Shown: piece by piece, positions 20,468 through 29,074 of the stretch
How the letters are laid out: the number at the start of each line of letters is the position of its first letter
Numbering within the stretch: the stretch's first letter is position 1
Source: an uncultured delta proteobacterium
GTDB lineage: Bacteria; Myxococcota; Myxococcia; Myxococcales; Anaeromyxobacteraceae
Direction: 5' to 3'
Assembly (NCBI GenBank): GCA_963845515.1
Contig: CAWJSR010000055.1
Coordinates: 1-64,000 of the forward strand
Length of the DNA stretch: 64,000 bases
Made by a program: the position numbers and the translations under genes
Notes under the pieces: model-generated
What the model saw: the letters and a program-made list of their open reading frames with translations, nothing else
Databases searched by the model: none
Told to the model about the DNA's origin: nothing

Positions 20468-21190
20468 TCAGCCCTCTTCGCCGCGTTCGGGCGACTCGGG
20501 GAGCGTCAGCTCGAACGCGCCCCCGCGCAGCTCCAGCCGTCCGCCCATTCGCGTCGCGGCGCGCCTGGCAGCAGGGAGGGCGAGCGCCCTGCCCCGCGTG
20601 TCCGAGGCCGCACCCTTGAGCGGGTCCTCCAGGGCCCGGGGATCGGGCACGGCACCGCGGACCACGAGCCGCACCTCCCCGTCGGACGCGCGCCCCGAGA
20701 CCTTGACCGCCGAGACCCCCTGGCTCGCCGCATCGAGCAGCGCGTCTATCATCCTCCCGAGCAGCGCCCGGTCGGCCAGCACCCCGAGGTCAGAGGAGAC
20801 ATCCAGCTCGATGGGCTGATCGGCGGCGCCGCGCCGCCCCTCTGCCGCGACCACCTGGTCTACCAGCGACACTCCCTCGGGGCGGACTGGAAAGATCCCG
20901 GTGTCGAGCCGCTCGCTGAGCAGGTGGTCCTCGACGAGGTTGCGCACGCGCTGGAGGGAGCGCAGGCACATTCCGGCGAGCTTCTCGCCCCGGGCCCCGG
21001 CGCGGTCGCTGGCCTCCATCCTGCCGAGCAGCTCCGCGGTCCAGAGCGCGGTCGAGAGCGGGTTGCGGATCTCGTGGGCGACGAAGCCGAGGTGGCTCGC
21101 CCGATCCTCGGCGGCCGCGTCGCCGCGGCCGCCGGAGGGGGTCGTACCCTCGGTCTCGCCCTCCGCAAGATCCTGTGATTCCTCGTCCAT
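20468..21190 (-). CDS. HisKA-domain protein with a degenerate ATPase domain
   Basis: H-box VAHEIRNPL intact. N-box reads IDALLDAA, G1 VRGAV and G2 GRALAL, so the conserved N/D/G residues are missing. No sensor domain. Confidence 0.7.
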   Translation of the reverse strand: MDEESQDLAEGETEGTTPSGGRGDAAAEDRASHLGFVAHEIRNPLSTALWTAELLGRMEASDRAGARGEKLAGMCLRSLQRVRNLVEDHLLSERLDTGIFPVRPEGVSLVDQVVAAEGRRGAADQPIELDVSSDLGVLADRALLGRMIDALLDAASQGVSAVKVSGRASDGEVRLVVRGAVPDPRALEDPLKGAASDTRGRALALPAARRAATRMGGRLELRGGAFELTLPESPERGEEG

Positions 21191-21464
21191 GGTTCTTCCT
21201 GCGCCTCTTGAGAGCGACGCCGCGCCTCCCCGAAAAATGCGGACTCCCACCAGTATACGCAAGCGGGTCCTGCGCGGATAAGCGCCCTTAGGACCCGAAA
21301 GAGACATGCCCCGCAACCCTTGACCCAAATATCCTACACCTTGCGCTCCGCGCCAATCGGCCACGGGAGACAACCTACCTACGTTTCTGCTTGAATGGCA
21401 CACTCCTACTCGGCCCCACGGATTGCCCAGTTCGTGGGGAGAACGTTTCGATCCCGGAGGGGCG

Positions 21465-22352
21465 ATGACTCGACCACGCGCAACGGCTCCGACTGATGCA
21501 CTGGACCTCTTCCTCGCCGAGATCCGCACGGTGCCGCTGCTCACCGCCCAGGAGGAGGCGCGGCTGGCGCGCGCCTGGCGCGACGACGGAGACGCGCGCG
21601 CCGCCCACGACCTCATCACCGCCAACCTGCGGTTCGTCGTGAAGGTGGCGCACGAGTACCGCACCTACGGCTTCCGGCTCGCGGACCTGATCCAGGAGGG
21701 GAACATCGGCCTCATGAAGGCCGTGCAGAAGTTCGACCCCGAGAAGGAGATCCGGCTCATCTCGTACGCGGTCTGGTGGATCCGCGCGTACATCCAGAAC
21801 TACATCCTCCGCTCCTGGTCGCTCGTGAAGATCGGGACGACGCAGGCGCAGCGGAAGCTCTTCTTCTCGCTCGCGCGCACCAAGCGCGAGCTGGAGCGGC
21901 TGGGCGGCGGCTCGGGCGCCGACCTCGTCGCCGACCGGCTCCACGTGCGCGAGTCCGAGGTGACCGAGATGGAGCGCCGGCTCGACGGGCGCGACCTCTC
22001 GCTCGACGCGCCCTGGGGCGAGGACGGCACGAGCACCCACGGCGACCACGTCCCGTGGAACGGAGTCGCGGCGGACGTCGAGATGGGCTCCCGGCAGGAG
22101 AGCCGGCTGGCGGCCGGCGTGGTCCGCGTCGCGATCGACCGGCTCGACGACCGTGAGAGGTTCATCGTCCAGAACAGGATCCTCACCGACGCGCCGATGA
22201 CGCTGAAGGACGTCGGGGCCCACTTCGGCTTCTCGCGGGAGCGCGCGCGCCAGCTCGAGCTGCGCGCCAAGGAGAAGCTCCGCAGGGAGCTGCAGCCGCT
22301 CGCCGCGGCGATCGAGTGGCCGGTGAACGGGAGGACGGCGGAGGTCGAGTAG
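21465..22352 (+). CDS. RpoH/sigma32-family RNA polymerase sigma factor (myxobacterial SigB/SigC/SigE-like)
   Basis: [43 protein letters not shown], RpoH-box-like QRKLFFSL, region 4 [26 protein letters not shown]. Confidence 0.9.
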   Translation: MTRPRATAPTDALDLFLAEIRTVPLLTAQEEARLARAWRDDGDARAAHDLITANLRFVVKVAHEYRTYGFRLADLIQEGNIGLMKAVQKFDPEKEIRLISYAVWWIRAYIQNYILRSWSLVKIGTTQAQRKLFFSLARTKRELERLGGGSGADLVADRLHVRESEVTEMERRLDGRDLSLDAPWGEDGTSTHGDHVPWNGVAADVEMGSRQESRLAAGVVRVAIDRLDDRERFIVQNRILTDAPMTLKDVGAHFGFSRERARQLELRAKEKLRRELQPLAAAIEWPVNGRTAEVE

Positions 22353-22500
22353 GCAGTACCTCAGCGAACCCGGCGGCGAGGCGCGCAGGCTCGAGCCGAG
22401 GTCGGGCGCGCGACGAGAGAGCAGCGGAGCCGTACATCTTCGTACGGCGAGCAGCACAGCGAGGAGTCCGCCCGAGATCGGCCGAGACCGCGCGCCGATC

Positions 22501-23883
22501 TCAGGCGAGCCCGTGCTTCTTCAGCCGGTACCGTAGCGTGTCCCGCGAGACGCCGAGCAGCCTGGCCGCCTTCGACTGATTCCCCGAGGCCCGCTCCATC
22601 GCCTCGACGATCAGCTTCTTCTCGACGTCCTCCAGCACGACGCCCTCGGTGCCCACCGTCGGGACCGCGCGCTCCGTCTTCTTCGCGTGCGACGCCTTGC
22701 GGATCTCGGGGGTCAGGTGCTCGGGCCGGACCTCCTCCATCCCGGCGTAGAGGATGAAGGCGCGCTCTACGACGTTGCGCAGCTCGCGGATGTTGCCGGG
22801 CCAGCCGTAGGCCTTCAGGTGCTCCATCGCGGACGAGGAGACCCCCTGCACGTGGCGCTTCATCTCCTGGTTGAAGCGGGCGATGAAGGCGGCGCAGAGC
22901 GCCGGGACGTCGTCGGCGTGATCGCGCAGCGCCGGCACCGTGATCCGGACCACGTTGAGCCGGAAGAAGAGATCGGCGCGGAAGCGCCCATCGCTGACGC
23001 GGCTCTCGAGGTCCACGTTCGTCGCTGCGATGACGCGCACGTCGGCGCGCAGCTCGGTCACGCCGCCGACGCGGCGGAAGGTCTTGTTCTCCAGCAGCCG
23101 GAGGAGCTTCGCCTGGCCGCCGGGCGGCAGGTCGCCGATCTCGTCCAGCATCACCGCGCCGCCGTCGGCCGACTCGAAGATGCCGCGCTTCTGCACGTGG
23201 GCGTCGGTGAAGGCACCTCGCTCGTGCCCGAAGAGCTCGCTCTCCAGGAGCTGCTCCGGCAGCGCCGCGCAGTTCACCTGGAGGAACGGCCGCTCGGCCC
23301 GGGCGCTCTCGAAGTGGATGGCGCGCGCCACCACCTCCTTGCCGGAGCCGCTCTCCCCCTCGATCAGGACCGTGGTCGCGTCGCTGCCCGCGAGCCGCCC
23401 GACCATGGACCGGACCTGCTCCATCGCCGCGGAGCCCCCCACGAGCGCCCCCATTGCGCTGGAGGTCCCCTTGCGCTCCGCGGTGAGGGTCGCGATCTGC
23501 CGGCGCGTCCGCGCGCTGCTCAGCGCCCGCTCGACCGCGGCGTCGAGGAGCTGGAGCGGGAAGGGCTTCACCAGGAAGTCGAGCGCGCCGTGCTTCATCG
23601 CGTCGACGGCCGTGTCGACGGTGCTGTGCGCCGACATCATGATGACGCTCATCTCCGGCTGCAGCCCGAGCGCCTTCTGCAGCGTCTCCACGCCGTTCAT
23701 GCCGGGGAGCTGCACGTCGAGCAGGACCAGGTCCGGCGGGTCCGCCGCGATCGCCTCCAGCGCCTCCTCGCCCGTCTCGGAGGTGGCGACGACGTAGCCG
23801 TCGCGCTGGAGCCGCTCGGACACGGACCAGCGGATCAGCTTCTCGTCGTCGACGACGAGGATGCGCGCGGGGCTGTTGGGCAT
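22501..23883 (-). CDS. Sigma54-dependent response regulator (REC-AAA+-Fis HTH; NtrC/AtoC family)
   Basis: ILVVDDE, LLDVQLPG, GESGSGKE, ESELFGHERGAFTDA, LDEIG, FRADLFFRL, WPGNIRELRN, NQSKAARLLGVSRDTLRYRLKK. Confidence 0.95.
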   Translation of the reverse strand: MPNSPARILVVDDEKLIRWSVSERLQRDGYVVATSETGEEALEAIAADPPDLVLLDVQLPGMNGVETLQKALGLQPEMSVIMMSAHSTVDTAVDAMKHGALDFLVKPFPLQLLDAAVERALSSARTRRQIATLTAERKGTSSAMGALVGGSAAMEQVRSMVGRLAGSDATTVLIEGESGSGKEVVARAIHFESARAERPFLQVNCAALPEQLLESELFGHERGAFTDAHVQKRGIFESADGGAVMLDEIGDLPPGGQAKLLRLLENKTFRRVGGVTELRADVRVIAATNVDLESRVSDGRFRADLFFRLNVVRITVPALRDHADDVPALCAAFIARFNQEMKRHVQGVSSSAMEHLKAYGWPGNIRELRNVVERAFILYAGMEEVRPEHLTPEIRKASHAKKTERAVPTVGTEGVVLEDVEKKLIVEAMERASGNQSKAARLLGVSRDTLRYRLKKHGLA

Positions 23884-23894
23884 TGGACTCCTGT

Positions 23895-25408
23895 TTACGC
23901 TGCGTGCTCCGCGGCGCGCGAACCGGTGGAGCGCGCCTGCTGGAGCGTCACGGTGAAGATGGTGCCGCCGTCCGGCGGGCAACGATAGCCGATGTGGCCG
24001 CCGTGTTCACTCACGATCCGGGCGGAGATGGCCAGGCCGAGCCCGTTTCCCTCCCCCTTCGTCGTGATAGAACGGCTTGAAGACGTTGGGGCGCGCCTCC
24101 GCGGGGATGCCGGGCCCGCTGTCCTCGATCTCGACGTGGACGGTCCCCTCCCCCTTGCGCGACCTGACGACGAGGCGCGCCCCCTCGTGGCGCTGCATCG
24201 CCTGGCACGCGTTGATGCAGAGGTTCAGGAAGACCTGCTCCAGCTGTGCCGGATCCGCGAGGACCTGCGGCAGCCCGGCCGCGAGATCGGGAGCGATGGT
24301 CACGCACCCGTCGCGGCACTGCTGGCGGATGAGGAAGAGCACCTTCTCGATGGAGACGTTGACGTCGGAGGCGCGCAGCCTCGCCTTGGGCGGCCGCGCG
24401 AAGGAGAGGAGGCTCTCCATCGTGTTGCCGAGCCGCTGCACCTGGTGGCGCATCTCGCCGACGATCTCGGAGTGGCGGGGGTCCTGCGCCAGGTCCTCGG
24501 CCATCAGCTCGAGCGCGCCCGAGAGGCCGGCGAGCGGGTTCTTGATCTCGTGCGCCAGCCCCGTGGCGATCTCGCCGACTGCGGCGAAGCGGTCGGCGCG
24601 CACCATCCGCTCCCGGTAGAAGGCCTCGAGCTCCGCCTGGCTGCGGCGCAGCGAGGCGAGCATCGCGTCGAAGCTCCGCGCGGCGTCGCCGAGCTCGTCC
24701 GGCCGCCCCTCGTCGGCGCGCACGCCGAGGTCCCCCGACTCCGCCCGGAGCATCGCCGCCACGAGCCGCTGGAGCGGCGTGACCGCCTCGCGCCCCAGGA
24801 GCCAGAGGAGGATCACGAGCAGCGCGATGAAGGCCGCCCCCGCGGAGAAGGTGAGCGTCCGGGCCAGCCGCAGCTCGGAGTCGAGCACCGGCTCGCGCGT
24901 GAAGCGCAGGTCGATCCAGCCGTTGTTCGTCGCGGCGGCCCCGTGACAGCGTGCGCAGGCAGGAAGGTTCACGATCGGCTGGAGCACGGCGAAGATGGTG
25001 TCGTCGCCGCCGGGCGCAGGAAGGACGGTCGTCCCCTCCAGCCTCTGCGGCGCCGGCCACGGACGCTTGCCCGATCATGCGCAGGTCGGTCGAGGCCGAG
25101 ACGACGCCCGTCGGGCCGAGCAGGCTCGCCGACAGGAGGTCGTTCCGGTGGTTCATCAGCGTCCCCAGCAGGCCCGGGACCTCTCCAGGCTGGCCGGAGA
25201 GCATCACGTTGGAGATGCCGCCCGCGACCATGGTGGCGAAGAGCTCCGCGCGCTCGCGGCGGCCACGGTCCATGTCCTTCGAGTAGACGAAGACCGCTCC
25301 GGTCACCATCGTCGCGAGCGTGATCGCGAAGAGGATGGCGGTCGGCGCGAGGATGCGCGCCCGCATGCTGGCGTCCAGGCGCCTGAAGAGCGAGCCGAAG
25401 AGGTTCAA
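23895..25408 (-). CDS. Membrane sensor histidine kinase with periplasmic c-heme (CxxCH) domain and HAMP; frameshifts near 25050 and 24065
   Basis: TM1 [13 protein letters not shown]; periplasmic [16 protein letters not shown]2; HAMP (PLQRL..DELG); [37 protein letters not shown] at 23895, 12 nt before the regulator ATG. Confidence 0.85.
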
Positions 25409-25535
25409 CGCAGAAACCCGTGTCCGCCGAAGGTGCGCGAGGGTCCCCCCGCCGTGAGCATTTCGTCACCGGGGGTTGGCGTCAGGTCCTGGCTCCTCGA
25501 TGCAGCCAGCTGCACTGAAACCTCGGGGCTTGGGT

Positions 25536-25572
25536 CGGGTGAAATCACGCAGGTCTTGGGCGATTTCGCCAC
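25536..25572. promoter_or_regulatory. Tandem imperfect palindromes, candidate enhancer (UAS) for the sigma54 activator
   Basis: CGGGTGAAATCACGCA (25536-25551) and TGGGCGATTTCGCCAC (25557-25572), about 140-180 nt upstream of the sigma54 promoter. Confidence 0.45.
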
Positions 25573-25710
25573 TCTTCGGACGCAATGTAAAGAGGCCAAA
25601 CCAAGACTTATTGGCTCCGATGTAGGAGCGAGCACCCCGTGAAAGCGCCAAAGTCGCCCGGATACATCTCGCGCACATTGCCCTCTCCTCGTGCGAGTTC
25701 GCGTATTTAC

Positions 25711-25727
25711 CCGGCACTACCCTTGCA
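25711..25727 (+). promoter_or_regulatory. Sigma54 (-24/-12) promoter for the cytochrome export operon
   Basis: ccGGCACtaccctTGCa with exact GG-N10-GC spacing (GG 25713-14, GC 25725-26), 48 nt before the ATG at 25774. Confidence 0.75.
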
Positions 25728-25773
25728 GGTATGGTGCGGCCTCCATCGCCGAACAGGTCTTCCAACGGAGCGA

Positions 25774-27396
25774 ATGAACCCCGTGCTCTCCAGAAATGCC
25801 GACCGCCTCAACTTGGCGCCTGTGCTCGTGGCGGCCCTGGCAGCACTCCTCCCTGTCTCGGCCTTCGGTCAGGCGCTCGCCCTCGACGTTCCACTCCCGC
25901 CTCCGCCTCCCGGGATGAAGGAAGTCCCGCTACCTCCGGCCCCTCCCGGCCTGAGGCCGCTCCCTGCGCCCGCCCCCCGGGCTGCTCCCGGCGCTCCAGG
26001 CGAGCGCTGCCTGTCCTGTCACGCCGCCGTGGCCCAGAAGTCGTTCCTCCACCCTTCGCTCGACAAGAACGACTGCACCGCCTGCCACTCGCCGCAGTCG
26101 GGCGCCAGCGGGAAGTGCCGCTCCCAGTCGGCGTCCAAGTGGACGCTCAAGAAGCAGGAGCCGGAGCTCTGCTACGACTGCCACGCCCGCAAGGACCAGT
26201 CGAAGAACGTCCACACCGCCGTGCGCCAGGGGAGCTGCCTCTCCTGCCACTCGCCCCACTCGTCCAATTACAAGGGGTTGCTGAACGATCCACCCGACCG
26301 GATCTGCATGAACTGCCACGAGGTGGAGCCGCTCCTCACCAAGGCGGTCAAGCACGCTCCGGTCGCCGAGGGGCGGTGCCTCGAGTGCCACAACCCGCAC
26401 GGCTCGGACTCGGCCAACGCGATCCGCTCCTCGGGCAACGCCTTCTGCCTCAGGTGCCACGACTCGAAGGCCCCGACCACGCAGGGAAGCCCGGGGGCCG
26501 GCTTCCGGCTCGACATGGCGAAGCCGGTCGTCCACGCAGCCCTCAACCGCGGCGACTGCGGCCAGTGCCACGACATCGGCCACTCCGGGGACAACCTGAA
26601 GCTCCTGAAGAGGTCGGTGGTCGACACCTGCTACGGCTGCCACCCGCGCAAGGACAAGGACAAGTTCCCGCACAGCGCCGTCGTGATCGGCGACTGCGCC
26701 GTCTGCCACGAGCCGCACACCTCGGACCAGCCGAAGCTGCTGGCGAAGGCGACGATGAACGAGACCTGCTTCCTCTGCCACCAGGACGACGTGACCATGC
26801 GGAAGGTGCTCCACCCTCCACTCAAGAAGTCCTGCACCGAGTGCCACGGCGCCCACGGCGCACCCAACCGGAACGTGCTGAAGGCGGGCGAAGGGAAGAA
26901 GCAGTGCTACGCCTGCCACCAGCCGGTGGACAAGGGCAAGAACAAGCACGCCGCCCTCGAGCGCTACGGCTGCGGCGGCTGCCACGATCCGCACGGAACC
27001 GCATACGGCCGGCTCGTCCCCAAGAAGGTCAACGACCTCTGCGTCGGCTGCCACCAGGCAATGAAGGACGGAAGGCATGTGACGCCGCTCGTCGCTGCGG
27101 GCCACGTCGTCGGAGGCGACCTCCTCGACCCGCGCCGTCCCAACCGCGACTTCACCTGCGCCAGCTGCCACAACCCCCACGGCTCGGACAGCCCCAAGCT
27201 CTTCTACACCGGAGAAACCTCGATGGAGATGTGTTCGACCTGCCACGGCGACAAGAGCGGCAAGAACCCTGAGCTGAAGAACGTGATCTCCAAGGCAAGG
27301 AGGGCGAAGCCCACGGAAGGCGCCGCTGGCGGCGCAGGCGCAGGCGCGGGTACGGGTACGGGCGCCGGCGCGGGCGCGACGGGGGCGGCCCGATGA
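25774..27396 (+). CDS. Periplasmic 17-heme cytochrome c with paired CxxCH repeats
   Basis: Signal peptide (..LLPVSAFG), Pro-rich linker, 17 CxxCH counted by eye with alternating CxxCHxxH, and a Gly/Ala tail. GGAG RBS. Confidence 0.92.
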   Translation: MNPVLSRNADRLNLAPVLVAALAALLPVSAFGQALALDVPLPPPPPGMKEVPLPPAPPGLRPLPAPAPRAAPGAPGERCLSCHAAVAQKSFLHPSLDKNDCTACHSPQSGASGKCRSQSASKWTLKKQEPELCYDCHARKDQSKNVHTAVRQGSCLSCHSPHSSNYKGLLNDPPDRICMNCHEVEPLLTKAVKHAPVAEGRCLECHNPHGSDSANAIRSSGNAFCLRCHDSKAPTTQGSPGAGFRLDMAKPVVHAALNRGDCGQCHDIGHSGDNLKLLKRSVVDTCYGCHPRKDKDKFPHSAVVIGDCAVCHEPHTSDQPKLLAKATMNETCFLCHQDDVTMRKVLHPPLKKSCTECHGAHGAPNRNVLKAGEGKKQCYACHQPVDKGKNKHAALERYGCGGCHDPHGTAYGRLVPKKVNDLCVGCHQAMKDGRHVTPLVAAGHVVGGDLLDPRRPNRDFTCASCHNPHGSDSPKLFYTGETSMEMCSTCHGDKSGKNPELKNVISKARRAKPTEGAAGGAGAGAGTGTGAGAGATGAAR

Positions 27397-28592
27397 TCGC
27401 GCTATTTGCTGCGCTCTCGATGACACTGCACGGCGCACCAGGCACCGTGATCACGGTCGGCAACGAGTCCTTCTCCGCGAAAGACATCGCCGCGCGCGCC
27501 GCCGAGTTTCGCCCAAGGACGCCGTCGGCCCAGGAGGTGGTAGATTCCCTCGTCGTCGAAGCGCTCTTCGCGCAGGACGCGAGGCGATCTGGTACGGCTT
27601 CGGCCCCCGAGGCGAAGACCGCCGTCGAAGGCGCCCGGGCAACAGTCCTCGCCGATGCGTACCTCGAGCGCGAGATCGGCGCCAAGTCGAAGCCCACCGA
27701 AGAGCAGGTCAAGTCCCTCTTCCACAAGGGCGCCGACAAGCTCCGCCTCTCACTCGTGGTCCTGGCTACGAAGGAGGAGACCCAGGCAGCGCTGCGTGCG
27801 GCTGCAGCGGGGCGGCGACCTCGCGGCCGAAGCGGCCCGTTCGCTCCACCCGTCCGCCGCCCAGAAGGGCGACACCGGGCTCGTCGTCCGGAACACCTTC
27901 GAGGATCCGCTCGGCGACGCCGCCTTCGCGGCGGCGTCCGGCGCCTGGGTCGGCCCCATCGCGCTGAAGAATGGCTGGGCCGTCGCGAAGGTCGTCGAGC
28001 AGGTCGTCGCCGACGAGAAGACCCTCCCGTCGGAGCGCCCGATCCTCGAGTCCATCATCCGGCGCGACATGGCCAACTTCCAGAAGCGTCACGTCGTCGC
28101 CCTGGCCCGCAAGACCCGGAAGGTGACTGTCGACGAACCCTGGCTCAACTCCCTCGGGAAGCGCGTGGACCTCACCGAAGCAGAGCTGAGCCGCGCCTTC
28201 GCCACCATCGACGGCGCCCCCGTGACCTACCACTCGATCGCATCCGACGTCGCTGCGATGGCACAGGGGCCATCGGCGCCCACTCCTTCGGCCCTCCCGT
28301 CCGCGTCCAGTTTGCGCAGAAGTACGTCGACAGGCTGCTGATGGCAGCAGCCGCGCGCGACGCGGGACTCCATCGCGTTGCAGAGGTCGAGGCTGCGCTG
28401 GTTCGCGCCGATGACGCGGCGCTCGGCCGGTACGAGGCCCGCCGCTTCGTGGCGCCGGCCTTCCCGGCGGCGCACGCTGACGCAGGAGGCCCGCGGGCAG
28501 GCGTACGAAAAGCGGATCTCGCAGCTCCGCAAGTCCATCGGCGTCAAGGTGGACTGGAGGCCGCGAAGGCCTCCAGGCGCCCGGCGCGCTAG
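27393..28592 (+). CDS. PpiC/SurA/PrsA-type periplasmic peptidyl-prolyl isomerase or chaperone (frameshifted)
   Basis: VITVGNESF, LVVEALFAQDARR, PTEEQVK, GGDLAAEAARS..KGDTG, FAA..GAWVGPIALKNGWAVAKV, ISQLRKSIGVKVD. ATGA coupling with the cytochrome. Confidence 0.7.
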   Translation: MIALFAALSMTLHGAPGTVITVGNESFSAKDIAARAAEFRPRTPSAQEVVDSLVVEALFAQDARRSGTASAPEAKTAVEGARATVLADAYLEREIGAKSKPTEEQVKSLFHKGADKLRLSLVVLATKEETQAALRAAAAGRRPRGRSGPFAPPVRRPEGRHRARRPEHLRGSARRRRLRGGVRRLGRPHRAEEWLGRREGRRAGRRRREDPPVGAPDPRVHHPARHGQLPEASRRRPGPQDPEGDCRRTLAQLPREARGPHRSRAEPRLRHHRRRPRDLPLDRIRRRCDGTGAIGAHSFGPPVRVQFAQKYVDRLLMAAAARDAGLHRVAEVEAALVRADDAALGRYEARRFVAPAFPAAHADAGGPRAGVRKADLAAPQVHRRQGGLEAAKASRRPAR

Positions 28593-28618
28593 CCGACCAC
28601 GCCCCGCGGGCATAGGCC

Positions 28619-29070
28619 ATGCAGAAGCGTTCACCGATACACGAGATCAAGGGGCCAGGCGGCGTCCTGACGGTTCGGCCCGGAAGACGAGGCCGCGCTC
28701 GACCTCGTCATGCTCGTCGACGGTGAGACGAGCGGCAGGACCTCGCTGAGGTTCTGCGGAAGTTCGGCCGTTCGCGGAGCACGTACTACGAGAAGCTTCG
28801 GCGCTACCGCGAGCAGGGGCTCGAGGGGCTCCTCGCGCGGCCACCCGGCCCCACGGCGCCGTGGCGCCGCCCGCTCGAGGTGGTCCGCTTCATCGTCACG
28901 ACGCGCCTGCGGCAACCCGAGCAGTCTGCGGCCGAGATCGCCGAGGAGCTGGCCCGTCAGGGACACCCCGTGAGCATGCGCACCGTCGAGCGCACCCTGA
29001 CCCAGTTCGGCCTCACGCGGCGCGAGCCGTGGCGCGGCGACGACGCGATCGACCGGTCGACGGAGAGTGA
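28619..29070 (+). CDS. Helix-turn-helix protein resembling the DNA-binding N-terminus of IS481/IS630-type transposases, no catalytic domain (frameshifted)
   Basis: Joined frames: ..AEVLRKFGRSRSTYYEKLRRYREQGLEGLLARPPGP..EVVRFIV..RQPEQSAAEIAEELARQGHPVSMRTVERTL. Confidence 0.65.
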
Positions 29071-29074
29071 CCAC

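Noticed and set aside
21395..21412. TGGCAC upstream of the RpoH-like gene as a sigma54 promoter
   Set aside because: The -24 element matches but the -12 position reads CT rather than GC (GG-CACACTCCTA-CT).
27318..27392. Short GC-rich tandem repeats (also 25885-25990) as a CRISPR or VNTR
   Set aside because: They encode low-complexity Gly/Ala and Pro linkers. No repeat-spacer array or cas gene is seen anywhere in the window.
28619..29070. Intact insertion sequence
   Set aside because: No DDE domain, terminal inverted repeats or target duplication seen; kept only as an HTH gene.
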